A stretch of 64,000 nucleotides of DNA from Halioglobus sp. (GTDB lineage Bacteria; Pseudomonadota; Gammaproteobacteria; Pseudomonadales; Halieaceae). Below the pieces are notes generated by a model, which saw nothing but the letters and a program-made list of their open reading frames with translations, had not been told where the DNA came from and made no database searches. This document shows, in pieces, positions 30,356 to 40,095 of the stretch; within the stretch, counting starts at the first letter, position 1; every line of letters begins with the position of its first letter. The translations under genes were made by a program, and so were the position numbers. The stretch covers positions 45,018 through 109,017 of the forward strand of contig JAGRIH010000021.1 in the NCBI GenBank assembly GCA_020443345.1. The letters run 5' to 3'.

Positions 30356-31033
30356 TTATTTGGCCAGCAGTATCTGCAGCCGATCGCCGACCTTTTCCGC
30401 CTCGTCGGCCACCTTGCCGACCAGTGACAGGACCTTGTAGTAGAACATGACATCCACCGGCGGCAGCTCACTTTCGAGCTTGAACAGTCGGCCGCGCAGG
30501 GCGAAGGACTGCTTGTCCGTGCGCCGTTCCTGCTTGGCCAGTTGCTTGAGCATGCCTTCCACGCGCTTTACCTCGCGCCCGGAAAATCCGACTTCGAGCA
30601 GTTCGTCCAGCTCCTGTATGGCCTCCAGCGCCATGTTGGACGTGAGGCAGCACGCCTGGATGTACTCGAACACGCCGGACAGGTTTTCCGGGAACTGCAT
30701 TTCGCGCCCGAGCACCAGACTCGACGCATCCCTGGCGGTGTTGGCGACCTTGTCCTGGATGCCCACCAGCGACAGCAGATCGGCGCGCGGCACTGGCAGA
30801 AACAGGCTCTTGGGCATATGCCGGCGGATCGATCGCTTCACCTTGTCGGCCCGGCGCTCCGCGTCGACGATCGCCTTGTGCGCCTGTTTGACGACCGCCC
30901 AGTCGCCCTCCGCGGCGGCTTGGAACAGGCCCGGCAACTGCTGCGCCGCCTCGTTGGCAATCTGCATATGTTCCTGGATGGGGCGTATCGGGGATCGGCC
31001 AAACAGGTCGCTCAGGGGGTTTCTGCTCACCAT
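30356..31033 (-). CDS. DUF47 / PhoU-like Pit accessory protein
   Basis: 225-aa helical protein immediately upstream of pit. This is the conserved orfA-pit arrangement. Confidence 0.85.
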   Translation of the reverse strand: MVSRNPLSDLFGRSPIRPIQEHMQIANEAAQQLPGLFQAAAEGDWAVVKQAHKAIVDAERRADKVKRSIRRHMPKSLFLPVPRADLLSLVGIQDKVANTARDASSLVLGREMQFPENLSGVFEYIQACCLTSNMALEAIQELDELLEVGFSGREVKRVEGMLKQLAKQERRTDKQSFALRGRLFKLESELPPVDVMFYYKVLSLVGKVADEAEKVGDRLQILLAK

Positions 31034-31063
31034 ACTGTGGCTCCGGTGGTTGCGTCGACGGCT

Positions 31064-31092
31064 AGTTTAGGGTCAATGGCCCGCGCTGTCAT
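31064..31092 (-). promoter_or_regulatory. sigma-70-like promoter for DUF47-pit
   Basis: On the minus strand: ATGACA (31092-31087), a 17-nt spacer, then TAAACT (31069-31064). GGAG RBS lies before ATG 31033. Confidence 0.4.
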
Positions 31093-31103
31093 GAAAATGT
31101 CAG
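31086..31103 (+). promoter_or_regulatory. Pho-box-like site
   Basis: CTGTCATGAAAATGTCAG has two TGTCA repeats 11 bp apart (compare the E. coli Pho box CTGTCATAWAWCTGTCAY). It overlaps the -35 of the DUF47-pit promoter. Confidence 0.4.
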
Positions 31104-31225
31104 CGCGGTTGCCTGGATTCGTCCCGGGCTGATCACGGCTGAAATTGCTCGCTGGGACAGGCCGGCGCTGTGTTAGCATGCCCGAATACGCAAACCCGTG
31201 ACACGGGCTGGTTGGGGGCGGACAA

Positions 31226-33001
31226 GTGGCGACGAGGACAGTGGATCAACTGGCAGAACATCGCCTGAATCTGGCGACGCTGGCACGGGAGCTCAATGCC
31301 GATGGCCGGCTGTCGAGTGCGGACCTGGCCAGGGTGGGGGAGTCCACGGTGATCAAGGTCAACCCGCTGGTGTTTCTGGCCGAACAAAAACTGGCCGATA
31401 GCGCGCGCCCCGGTAAATACCTCGACATGGAGAGCCTGCTGGCCTGGCTGGGCCGGCGGGTGGAGCAGCGCGTCTACCAGATCGATCCGCTGAAAATCAA
31501 TGTCGGCGCAGTGGCCGAGGTCATGTCGCGGGCCTTCGCCGAGCGACATCGCATCCTCGCGGTGGAGGTGAGCGACAGCGAAGTGGTCATCGCCAGCGCC
31601 GAACCCTATGTCAACAGCTGGGAAGCCAACCTCGAACACGTCCTGCGCAAGCGCATCCGCCGGGTGCTGGCGGACCCGCGGGACATCGCGCGCCACACGG
31701 CGGAGTTCTACACCATGGCCGGCTCAGTGCGCGGGGCCCGCGGCGCCAAGCGTCTGGACAGCGCCGCCGGTGCGGGCAACCTGGAGCAGATGCTGGAGCT
31801 GGGCTCCATGAAGGAGCTCGACGCCAACGACCAGCATGTCGTCAACATCGTGGACTGGCTGCTGCAGTACGCGTTTGAGCAGCGCGCCAGCGATATCCAC
31901 ATAGAGCCCCGGCGCGAGGTCGGCAAGGTGCGCTTTCGCATCGACGGGGTGCTGCACAGCGTCTACGAGCTGCCGGCGCAGGTCTGTGCCGCGGTGACCA
32001 GCCGCATCAAGATACTCGGGCGCATGGATGTGGCGGAAAAACGGCGGCCCCAGGACGGCCGGCTCAAAACCCGCAGCCCCGAGGGCAATGAGGTGGAGCT
32101 GCGCCTGGCCACCCTGCCCACTGCCTTTGGCGAAAAGCTGGTGATGCGAATTTTCGATCCCGATGTGCTGCAGAAAAGCTTCGAGGAACTGGGCCTGGCC
32201 GACGAGGACCTGGCGCGCTGGCACCAGATGACCGGCATGGGCAACGGCATCGTGCTGGTCACCGGGCCCACCGGTTCGGGCAAGACCACCACGCTGTACT
32301 CCACCCTGCGCCAACTGGCGACCTGTGAGGTGAATGTGTGCACCATCGAGGACCCGATCGAGATGGTCGAGGGCGCGTTCAACCAGATGCAGGTCAACCA
32401 CGGCATCAACCTGGATTTTTCCTCCGGCGTGCGCGCCCTGATGCGCCAGGACCCGGACATCATCATGGTGGGTGAGATACGCGACCTGGAAACGGCCAAC
32501 ATGGCGGTGCAGGCGGCCCTGACCGGACACCTCGTGCTGTCCACCCTGCACACCAACGACTCGCCCGGCTCCATCTCGCGCCTGCTTGAACTGGGCGTGC
32601 CGGCCTACCTGATCAAGGCCACCGTCCGGGGTGTCATGTCGCAGCGCCTGGTGCGCATGCTGTGCCCGCACTGCAAGACTTTTGCGGCGCTGGACGGCAG
32701 CGCCTGGCAGCAGCTGGTGCAGCCCTGGGCGGTGGAGGCGCCCGCGCAGGTCGCCCGTCCGGTGGGCTGCAATGCGTGCCGTGACACCGGCTATATCGGC
32801 CGCCAGGGCATCTACGAGGTGCTGGTGAACAGCCCGGCGGTGCAGAAACAGATCAATCCCCGGCTGGAGACGGCGAAGATTCGCCAGGTGGCGATGGCCG
32901 AGGGCATGCGCACGCTGCGCCTCAGCGGTGCCACCCGCGTGGCCCGGGGCCAGACCACCATTGAGGAGGTCATGCGCGTGGCGCCAGTGCTGGACGCCTG
33001 A
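31226..33001 (+). CDS. GspE/PulE/PilB-family secretion ATPase (orphan)
   Basis: One T2SSE_N-like N-terminal domain, Walker A GPTGSGKTT, Asp box, Walker B IIMVGEIRD, His box TGHLVLSTLHTN and a tetracysteine CPHC...CNAC. Confidence 0.9.
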   Translation: MATRTVDQLAEHRLNLATLARELNADGRLSSADLARVGESTVIKVNPLVFLAEQKLADSARPGKYLDMESLLAWLGRRVEQRVYQIDPLKINVGAVAEVMSRAFAERHRILAVEVSDSEVVIASAEPYVNSWEANLEHVLRKRIRRVLADPRDIARHTAEFYTMAGSVRGARGAKRLDSAAGAGNLEQMLELGSMKELDANDQHVVNIVDWLLQYAFEQRASDIHIEPRREVGKVRFRIDGVLHSVYELPAQVCAAVTSRIKILGRMDVAEKRRPQDGRLKTRSPEGNEVELRLATLPTAFGEKLVMRIFDPDVLQKSFEELGLADEDLARWHQMTGMGNGIVLVTGPTGSGKTTTLYSTLRQLATCEVNVCTIEDPIEMVEGAFNQMQVNHGINLDFSSGVRALMRQDPDIIMVGEIRDLETANMAVQAALTGHLVLSTLHTNDSPGSISRLLELGVPAYLIKATVRGVMSQRLVRMLCPHCKTFAALDGSAWQQLVQPWAVEAPAQVARPVGCNACRDTGYIGRQGIYEVLVNSPAVQKQINPRLETAKIRQVAMAEGMRTLRLSGATRVARGQTTIEEVMRVAPVLDA

Positions 33002-33036
33002 GTGCACGCCAGTTTCATCGCGCTTGGTCAATCACT

Positions 33037-35928
33037 ATGAACCTGACTGTCACTGCATTGCCCGCGGCACTGGCTGAACAGGCACAGATCGCCTGGCGCC
33101 GTATACTGGAACGCGCCACTGAGTCCGTTGCTGGAGAGCTGGCCGCCGCTGTCGCCGCCGATCCGCTGGCGGCGCAACTGCCGCGGGTGCTGGCCTGCAG
33201 CCCCTTTGTCGCCGATCTGGCCCGGCGCAAGCCGGCACTGCTGCTGGCGCTGCTGCGCAGCGGGCAGTTGCACGAAACCCTCGCCGAGAGTGCTTTTGCA
33301 CAGCAGTTGCAGCAGCGCCTGGCGCCCGGGGACGCGGACCTGGCACTGGAGCTGCGCCGCTTTCGCCAGTGGCACATGCTGCGCATCGTGTGGCGCGACT
33401 TCTGCCGCCTGGCCGATACCATGGAAACCGTGCGCGATACCTCGCTGCTGGCGGAGGCCTGTATCGGCGGTGCCCTGCAACACACCCAGGCGGCACTGGA
33501 GCGGCGCTTCGGGCAGCCCCGCGGACGCGACAGCGCCCGGCCGCAGCAGCTGATCGTACTGGCCATGGGCAAGCTGGGCGCGCGCGAACTCAACGTCTCC
33601 TCCGATATCGATCTGATGTTTGCCTTCCCCGAGGCCGGGCACACCGACGGCGAGAAAAAATCGATCAGCAATGAGGAGTTTTTCACCCGCGTGGGGCAGG
33701 GCCTGATCACCGCGCTGGACCAGGTGACGGCGGAGGGCTTTGTGTTCCGCTTGGATATGCGCCTGCGCCCCAACGGCGACAGCGGGGCCCTGGTGCACAA
33801 CTTTACCGCGCTGGAGGCGTATTACCAGGAGCAGGGGCGCGACTGGGAGCGCTACGCGCTGATCAAGGCGCGGCCGATCACCGGCGACCCGGCGCGGGGC
33901 GCCGAGTTGATGGCGTCGCTGCAACCTTTTGTGTACCGCCGCTACGTGGATTTCGGGGTGATTGAAAGCCTGCGCGGCATGAAACAGATGATTACCGCCG
34001 ATGTGCGCCGCCGCGGCTTGCAGGACAACGTCAAACTGGGCAGCGGCGGTATTCGCGAGGTGGAGTTTATCGCCCAGTGCTTCCAGTTGATCCGCGGCGG
34101 GCGCGACCTGGGCCTGCAGCGGCGCGAACTGCTGGCGGTGCTCGATGAATGCCGGGAACTGGGCTGTCTGCCGGCGGATGCCGTGCGCGAATTGCGCGCG
34201 GCCTACCTGTTCCTGCGCGACAGCGAGCACGCCATCCAGGGCTACCAGGACCGGCAGACCCAGCGCCTGCCCGAAGAGTCCGCAGCGCGCCTGGCCCTGG
34301 CCACCGTCATGGGCTACGCCGACTGGCCGGCTTACAGCGAAGCGCTGCAGCAGCACCGGTGCCGGGTGGCGGCGCACTTCGCCGAGCTGATCGCACCGCC
34401 GGAGGACGACGCCGCGCCACAGCCGGAGGACGAGCTGCCGCTGTGGGGGAGCGGTCTGAGCGCCGCGTCGCTGGCCGCCCTGGGCTATCGGCAGGCGGAG
34501 CAGTCCATGCAGGCTCTGCAGGAACTGCGGCAGAGTTCGCGGCTGGTGGCCCTGCAGGCCCAGGGGCGCGAACGGCTGGAGCAATTCATGCCGCAGTTGC
34601 TGCGCGCCTGTGCCGAGGTGGAACAGCCCGACCTGGCGCTGCAGCGGCTGCTGCCCCTGGTGGCGGCCGTCGCGCGCCGCAGTGCCTACCTGGCGCTGTT
34701 GCTGGAAAATCCGCCGGCGCTGCGCGAACTGGTGGTGTTGTGCGAGGCCAGCCCGTGGATTGCAGAGCAGATCACACGGCATCCGGTGCTGCTGGATGAA
34801 TTGCTGGATCGCGCCAGTCTCTATACCGCTCCGGACATAACACTGCTGCGCGACGAGTTGCGCCAGCAGGTGGCGCGCCTGGCCACGGACGACCTGGAGG
34901 CGCAGATGGACGCGCTGCGCTATTTCAAGGCCTCCCAACTGCTGCGCGTGGCCGCCAGCGAGCTGGCCGGGCGCCTGCCGGTGATGCTGGTCAGCGACAA
35001 GCTGACCTGGATCGCCGAGGTCATCCTGGAGCAGGTGCTGGCGGTGGCCTGGGCCGATCTCACCCGCAAGTACGGCGAGCCGCAGCGCGAGGCCGGAGGT
35101 TACGGCTTTGCCGTGTTCGGCTACGGCAAGCTCGGCGGTATCGAGCTGGGCTACGGCTCCGACCTCGATCTGGTCTTCGTCAGCGACGCCGCCCGGCAGG
35201 GTGTGACCAGCGGTGCGCGGGCCATCGATAACGCACTGTTTTATACGCGCCTGGCGCAGCGCATGATCCATATCCTGGAGACCCGCATGGCCATGGGACA
35301 GTTGTACGAGGTGGACATGCGCCTGCGACCCTCGGGGGAGTCCGGCATGCTGGTGACCAGCTTCGAGGGCTTTAGCAGTTACCAGGAGGGATCCGCCTGG
35401 ACCTGGGAGCACCAGGCGCTGGTGCGCGCCCGCTTCGTGGGGGGCGATGCGCAACTGGCGCGGCGCTTCGAGGCGGTGCGCCGCGCTATTCTGTGTCAGC
35501 CGCGCGATGCGGCGCAACTGGCGCGGGAGGTGCTGCAGATGCGCGAGCGCATGCGTGAGCACTTACTACCAAAGCAGGGGCCCGATGCTGCGGAATTTCA
35601 CCTAAAACAGGGTGCCGGAGGTATCGTCGATATTGAATTTATGGTGCAATACGCCGTCTTGGCGTGGTCCCATCGGGTGCCGGAGCTGGCGCGCTGGTCG
35701 GACAACGTGCGCGTTCTGGAGACCCTGGGCAGGGAGGGTTTGATCGGGCAGTCCGAGTGTGAACTGCTGACCCGGGCTTACCTCACCTACCGCTCCGCCG
35801 CCCATCAACTCTCCCTGCAACAGCAGCCGGACGTCGTGCCGGCCGATCGTTTCAGTGAATTGCGGGCCGCTGTGAGCGCCATCTGGCAGCAGTTATTTGC
35901 GCCGTATTCGACAACGACAGAGCACTGA
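33037..35928 (+). CDS. glnE: bifunctional glutamine synthetase adenylyltransferase/adenylyl-removing enzyme
   Basis: 963 aa with two nucleotidyltransferase repeats (GKLGARELNVSSDIDLMF and GKLGGIELGYGSDLDLVF). Confidence 0.97.
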   Translation: MNLTVTALPAALAEQAQIAWRRILERATESVAGELAAAVAADPLAAQLPRVLACSPFVADLARRKPALLLALLRSGQLHETLAESAFAQQLQQRLAPGDADLALELRRFRQWHMLRIVWRDFCRLADTMETVRDTSLLAEACIGGALQHTQAALERRFGQPRGRDSARPQQLIVLAMGKLGARELNVSSDIDLMFAFPEAGHTDGEKKSISNEEFFTRVGQGLITALDQVTAEGFVFRLDMRLRPNGDSGALVHNFTALEAYYQEQGRDWERYALIKARPITGDPARGAELMASLQPFVYRRYVDFGVIESLRGMKQMITADVRRRGLQDNVKLGSGGIREVEFIAQCFQLIRGGRDLGLQRRELLAVLDECRELGCLPADAVRELRAAYLFLRDSEHAIQGYQDRQTQRLPEESAARLALATVMGYADWPAYSEALQQHRCRVAAHFAELIAPPEDDAAPQPEDELPLWGSGLSAASLAALGYRQAEQSMQALQELRQSSRLVALQAQGRERLEQFMPQLLRACAEVEQPDLALQRLLPLVAAVARRSAYLALLLENPPALRELVVLCEASPWIAEQITRHPVLLDELLDRASLYTAPDITLLRDELRQQVARLATDDLEAQMDALRYFKASQLLRVAASELAGRLPVMLVSDKLTWIAEVILEQVLAVAWADLTRKYGEPQREAGGYGFAVFGYGKLGGIELGYGSDLDLVFVSDAARQGVTSGARAIDNALFYTRLAQRMIHILETRMAMGQLYEVDMRLRPSGESGMLVTSFEGFSSYQEGSAWTWEHQALVRARFVGGDAQLARRFEAVRRAILCQPRDAAQLAREVLQMRERMREHLLPKQGPDAAEFHLKQGAGGIVDIEFMVQYAVLAWSHRVPELARWSDNVRVLETLGREGLIGQSECELLTRAYLTYRSAAHQLSLQQQPDVVPADRFSELRAAVSAIWQQLFAPYSTTTEH

Positions 35929-35939
35929 GCGGGAGTGAA

Positions 35940-36869
35940 ATGATGAGTCTGGCCGATCGCGATGGTCTAATCTGGCTTGATGGAGAGATGGTGCCCTGGC
36001 GTGAGGCCAGGGTGCATGTGCTGACTCATACGCTGCACTACGGCCTGGGCGTGTTTGAGGGAGTGCGCGCCTACCGGACGGCGGATCGCGGCACCTGTAT
36101 CTTCCGGCTCGCCGAGCACACCGATCGGCTGTTCCGCTCCGCCCATATCCTGGGCATGTCCATGCCCTATGACAGGGACACACTGAACCGGGCGCAGAAG
36201 GATGTGGTGCGCGAGAACGGCCTCGAAGAGGGCTATCTGCGACCCATGTGTTTCTACGGTTCGGAAGGCATGGGGCTGCGCGCCGACAACCTGCGCACCC
36301 ACGTGATGGTGGCCGCGTGGGAGTGGCCGTCCTACATGGATCCGGAGGCCCGCAATCGCGGCATCAAAGTGCGCACGTCCTCCTACACCCGCCACCACGT
36401 CAATATCACCATGTGCAAGGCCAAGGCCAACGGCAATTACACCAACTCGATGCTGGCCCTGCGCGAGGCGCTGGACAGCGGCGCGGAGGAAGCGCTGCTG
36501 CTGGACAACGAAGGCTACGTCGCCGAGGGCAGCGGCGAAAACGTATTCATCGTGCGCGACGACAGGATTTATACGCCCGAATTGACCTCCTGCCTGGAGG
36601 GCATCACGCGCGATTCGGTATTCGCGCTGGCCGCCGAGCTGGGCTATACCATCCGGGAAAAACGCATTACCCGGGACGAGGTCTACGTCGCCGACGAGGC
36701 GTTCTTCACCGGCACCGCCGCCGAGGTGGTGCCGATCCGCGAGCTGGACGGCCGCACCATCGGCAGCGGCAGCCGCGGGCCGCTGACCACCAGGCTGCAG
36801 GCCATGTATTTCGACTCCGTGCGCGGCAACCGCAGCCAGAACAGCCAGTGGCTGGAGCCTGTCGCCTGA
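35940..36869 (+). CDS. ilvE: branched-chain amino acid aminotransferase
   Basis: Class IV aminotransferase: HTLHYGLGVFEGVRAY..., EGSGENVFIV, GITRDSV. Confidence 0.95.
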   Translation: MMSLADRDGLIWLDGEMVPWREARVHVLTHTLHYGLGVFEGVRAYRTADRGTCIFRLAEHTDRLFRSAHILGMSMPYDRDTLNRAQKDVVRENGLEEGYLRPMCFYGSEGMGLRADNLRTHVMVAAWEWPSYMDPEARNRGIKVRTSSYTRHHVNITMCKAKANGNYTNSMLALREALDSGAEEALLLDNEGYVAEGSGENVFIVRDDRIYTPELTSCLEGITRDSVFALAAELGYTIREKRITRDEVYVADEAFFTGTAAEVVPIRELDGRTIGSGSRGPLTTRLQAMYFDSVRGNRSQNSQWLEPVA

Positions 36870-36905
36870 GGAACTCGCCCGAGCGTGGCGGCGGGCGGTA
36901 CTGGC

Positions 36906-37940
36906 ATGACTGACGCCGGCCGTGTGCTGGTGGTCGGGCCATCCTGGGTCGGCGATATGGTGATGTCCCAGGTGCTGTTCATCGCTCTGCAGCAGGCGCG
37001 TCCCGGCGTGCAGATCGATGTGCTGGCGCCGGCCTGGAGCGAACCGCTGCTGCAGCGCATGCCGCAGGTACAGCGCGCCATCGAGCTGCCCGCCGGCCAC
37101 GGCGAACTGGCGCTGGGACGCCGCTGGCGGCTCGGCCGCCAACTGCGCAGCCAGTGCTACTACCAGGCCATCGTGCTGCCCAACTCACTGAAATCCGCGC
37201 TGGTGCCGCTCTTTGCCGGTATTCCCCGGCGCACCGGCTGGCGCGGTGAAATGCGCTACGGCCTGCTGAACGACCTGCGCATCCTGGACCAGACAGCGCT
37301 GCCGCTGATGGTGCAGCGCTTTGCCGCGCTGGGTCTGGATGCGCACGCGGCGCTGCCCCACGAACTGCCCCAGCCGCTGCTGGTGGTCGACGCCGAGGCG
37401 GCGCGAGAGTGCGCCGCGCGGCTCGGCCTGCACCCCGATAAACCGATATTGGCACTGTGTCCCGGCGCCGAATTCGGCTCCGCCAAGCGCTGGCCGGTAG
37501 AATACTACGCCGATCTGGCCCGCCACTATCTGGCGCGGGGCTGGCAGGTGGCCATTTATGGTTCCGCCAATGACCGCCCGGTGACTGCGCCGATCCGGCG
37601 CGGGAGCGGCGCTGACCCGCACTGTCGCGACCTCGCCGGGCGCACCGCCCTGGCCGAGGTGGTGGACCTGCTGTCCCTGTCGGCCGCGGTGGTCAGCAAC
37701 GATTCGGGGCTGATGCATATCGCGGCGGCCCTGCGGCGACCGCTGCTGGCGATATACGGGCCGACCTCGCCGTCGTTCACACCGCCGCTGAGCGCCGCTG
37801 CCGCGCTGTTGGTCAGCGATATCGAATGCGCTCCCTGTTTTGCGCGCGAGTGTCCACTAGGCCACCATCGCTGCATGCGCGAGACCCCGGTGGAATTGGT
37901 CGTGCAGCGCCTGGACGCCCTGCTGGCGGAGCGTTCCTAG
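36906..37940 (+). CDS. waaF: ADP-heptose:LPS heptosyltransferase II
   Basis: GT9 pattern VLVVGPSWVGDMVMSQ...SNDSGLMHIAAAL. Position matches glnE-ilvE-waaF synteny. Start at ATG 36906. Confidence 0.88.
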   Translation: MTDAGRVLVVGPSWVGDMVMSQVLFIALQQARPGVQIDVLAPAWSEPLLQRMPQVQRAIELPAGHGELALGRRWRLGRQLRSQCYYQAIVLPNSLKSALVPLFAGIPRRTGWRGEMRYGLLNDLRILDQTALPLMVQRFAALGLDAHAALPHELPQPLLVVDAEAARECAARLGLHPDKPILALCPGAEFGSAKRWPVEYYADLARHYLARGWQVAIYGSANDRPVTAPIRRGSGADPHCRDLAGRTALAEVVDLLSLSAAVVSNDSGLMHIAAALRRPLLAIYGPTSPSFTPPLSAAAALLVSDIECAPCFARECPLGHHRCMRETPVELVVQRLDALLAERS

Positions 37941-38947
37941 TGCGCGTGCTGGTGGTCAAGATGTCCTCCCTGGGGGATGTCATCCACACGCTGCCGGCAC
38001 TGGGCGATGCGGCCCGCGCCATGCCGGACATTGCCTTTGACTGGGTGGTGGAAGAGGCGTTCGCGGAGATCCCCGCCTGGCATCCAGCGGTGCGTGAGGT
38101 CATACCCGTGGCCCTGCGCCGCTGGCGCAAGCGGCCCCTGCGTGCCCTGCGCGGGCCCGAGTGGCGCCGGGCCCGCGCCGCGCTGCGCCGGCAGCGCTAC
38201 GACGTGGTGATCGATGCCCAGGGCCTGCTCAAGAGCGCGTTTATCGCGCTCCAGGTGCGCTCGCCGCGCTGCGGTATGGACTGGCGCTCCGCGCGCGAAC
38301 CCCTGGCCAGCCTGGCCTACCGGCGGCGGATCGCGGTGCCGAAAGACCTGCACGCGGTGGAGCGCACCCGGCTGTTGTTTGCCCGGGCGCTGGCCTACCC
38401 CGCGCCGGTCACACCCGCCGACTACGGCCTGCGCGCCGCCTTTGCCGAGGGCGCCGGCGATGCTGCCGCGCAGCCGCCGCACCTGCTGCTGTTCCACGGT
38501 ACCGCGCGGGCGGAGAAACTGTGGCCGCGCGCGCACTGGGTGGAGCTGGCGCGCCTGGCCGGCCAGCGCGGCTATACCTCGTGGCTGCCCTGGGGCAGCG
38601 AGCTGGAGTATGAGCGGGCCAGCGGTATCGCGGCCGCTGCGGGGGACTGCGCCCGGGTACTGCCGCGACTGGACCTGCGGGGCCTGGCGGACCGGCTGCG
38701 GCAGGTGCACGCCGCGGTCGCGGTGGACACGGGTCTGGGCCATATGGCGGCGGCGCTGGATGTGCCCGCGGTGTCCCTGTACGGCCCCACGGACACGCGC
38801 CTGATCGGCGCCTACGGCCGCCGCCAGGTGCATATACAATCGCCGCTCAAAGCGGTTGCCGCGGCTGATCCGCAGGCCTCGATGGCGGCCATTACACCGG
38901 CACAGGTGTGGCGCGAACTGCAAACCCTGCTGCCAGCGCCCGACTGA
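37940..38947 (+). CDS. waaC: ADP-heptose:LPS heptosyltransferase I
   Basis: VRVLVVKMSSLGDVIHTLPA...VDTGLGHMAAAL. GTG 37940 overlaps the waaF stop (TAGTG). Confidence 0.88.
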   Translation: MRVLVVKMSSLGDVIHTLPALGDAARAMPDIAFDWVVEEAFAEIPAWHPAVREVIPVALRRWRKRPLRALRGPEWRRARAALRRQRYDVVIDAQGLLKSAFIALQVRSPRCGMDWRSAREPLASLAYRRRIAVPKDLHAVERTRLLFARALAYPAPVTPADYGLRAAFAEGAGDAAAQPPHLLLFHGTARAEKLWPRAHWVELARLAGQRGYTSWLPWGSELEYERASGIAAAAGDCARVLPRLDLRGLADRLRQVHAAVAVDTGLGHMAAALDVPAVSLYGPTDTRLIGAYGRRQVHIQSPLKAVAAADPQASMAAITPAQVWRELQTLLPAPD

Positions 38948-38949
38948 CC

Positions 38950-40095
38950 GTGCGCCTGGCCTGCCTGTTGTACAAGTACTTTCCCTACGGCGGCATGCAG
39001 CGCGACTTCCGCCGGTTCGTGGAAGAGCTGCACGGTCGCGGTCATCACTGTCGCGTGTACTATCTGCAGTGGCAGGGCGATGCGCTGCCCGGCGCCGAGC
39101 TGCGCCGGGTGCCGGTGTCCGCGCTCACCAACCACCGCCGCAACGAGCGCTACCTGCGGTGGGTGCGCGAAGACCTCGCCGCCGATCCAGTCGACGGCGT
39201 GATCGGCTTCAATAAAATGCCCGGCCTGGATATCTACTTCGCCGCGGACTCGTGCTACCTGGAAAAGGCGCACGAGGACCGCAGCTGGCTGTACCGGCGC
39301 GGCGCGCGCTTCAAACATTTTGCGCACTACGAGCGCGCCGTGTTCGCGCCCGCCAGCGCGACCGAGATCCTGTTGATTTCCGAGCGGCAGCGCAGCAGTT
39401 TCCGCCGCTGCTACCACACTCCGGAGCAGCGCCTGCACCTGCTGCCGCCGGGAATTGCGCAGGATCGCCGCGCGCCGCCCGACGCCGCCGCGCGGCGCGC
39501 GGCCAAACGGGACAGCCTGGGCCTCGCCAGCGGGCAGCTCGCGCTGCTGCTGGTTGGCTCCGGCTTCATCACCAAGGGGCTGGACCGCGCCATCGCCGCG
39601 CTGGCCCGGGTGCGCGCGGCGCAGCCGGGTGCCGACGCGCGCCTGCTGGTGGCGGGCCAGGACCGCAGCCGCCGCTTCCAGCGCCTGGCCAGACGGCTGG
39701 GGGTGGGCGCCGCCGTGAGTTTCCTGGGCGGTCGGGACGATGTGCCGGACCTGCTGCTGGCGGCGGACCTGCTGGTCCACCCGGCGCGGCACGAGGCCGC
39801 CGGCATGGTCCTGCTGGAGGCACTGGTGGCCGGGCTGCCCGCGATAGTCACCGACGTGTGCGGCTATGCGCCGCATGTGCAGGCCGCGCGCGGCGGCATC
39901 GTGCTGTCCTCGCCCTACCGCCAGGAGCAGCTGGAAGCTGCCATCCTGCGCACTGTCGATGGCGTGTTCCGCGCCGAGTGCCGCGCCAGCGCCCTGACCT
40001 ACGCCGAACAGACGGACCTGTACTCCATGCACCGCACCGGTGCGGCCCTGATCGAGTCGCTGCTGCGGCGCAAACAGGCGGCGGCAGGTGACTGA
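38950..40095 (+). CDS. waaG: LPS core glycosyltransferase (GT4, WaaG-like)
   Basis: LLYKYFPYGGMQRDF N-terminus typical of WaaG, and the GT4 C-terminal EAAGMVLLEALVAGLP. Start at GTG 38950. Confidence 0.85.
   Translation: MRLACLLYKYFPYGGMQRDFRRFVEELHGRGHHCRVYYLQWQGDALPGAELRRVPVSALTNHRRNERYLRWVREDLAADPVDGVIGFNKMPGLDIYFAADSCYLEKAHEDRSWLYRRGARFKHFAHYERAVFAPASATEILLISERQRSSFRRCYHTPEQRLHLLPPGIAQDRRAPPDAAARRAAKRDSLGLASGQLALLLVGSGFITKGLDRAIAALARVRAAQPGADARLLVAGQDRSRRFQRLARRLGVGAAVSFLGGRDDVPDLLLAADLLVHPARHEAAGMVLLEALVAGLPAIVTDVCGYAPHVQAARGGIVLSSPYRQEQLEAAILRTVDGVFRAECRASALTYAEQTDLYSMHRTGAALIESLLRRKQAAAGD

Noticed and set aside
33028-35562. 844-aa ORF on the minus strand
   Set aside because: Antisense to glnE, whose frame has both nucleotidyltransferase repeats. 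Shadow-ORF composition.
38812-40032. 406-aa minus-strand ORF, plus several other + and - ORFs over waaC/waaG
   Set aside because: They are antisense or out of frame relative to the waaC and waaG frames, which carry the GT9/GT4 motifs. Typical GC-driven open frames.
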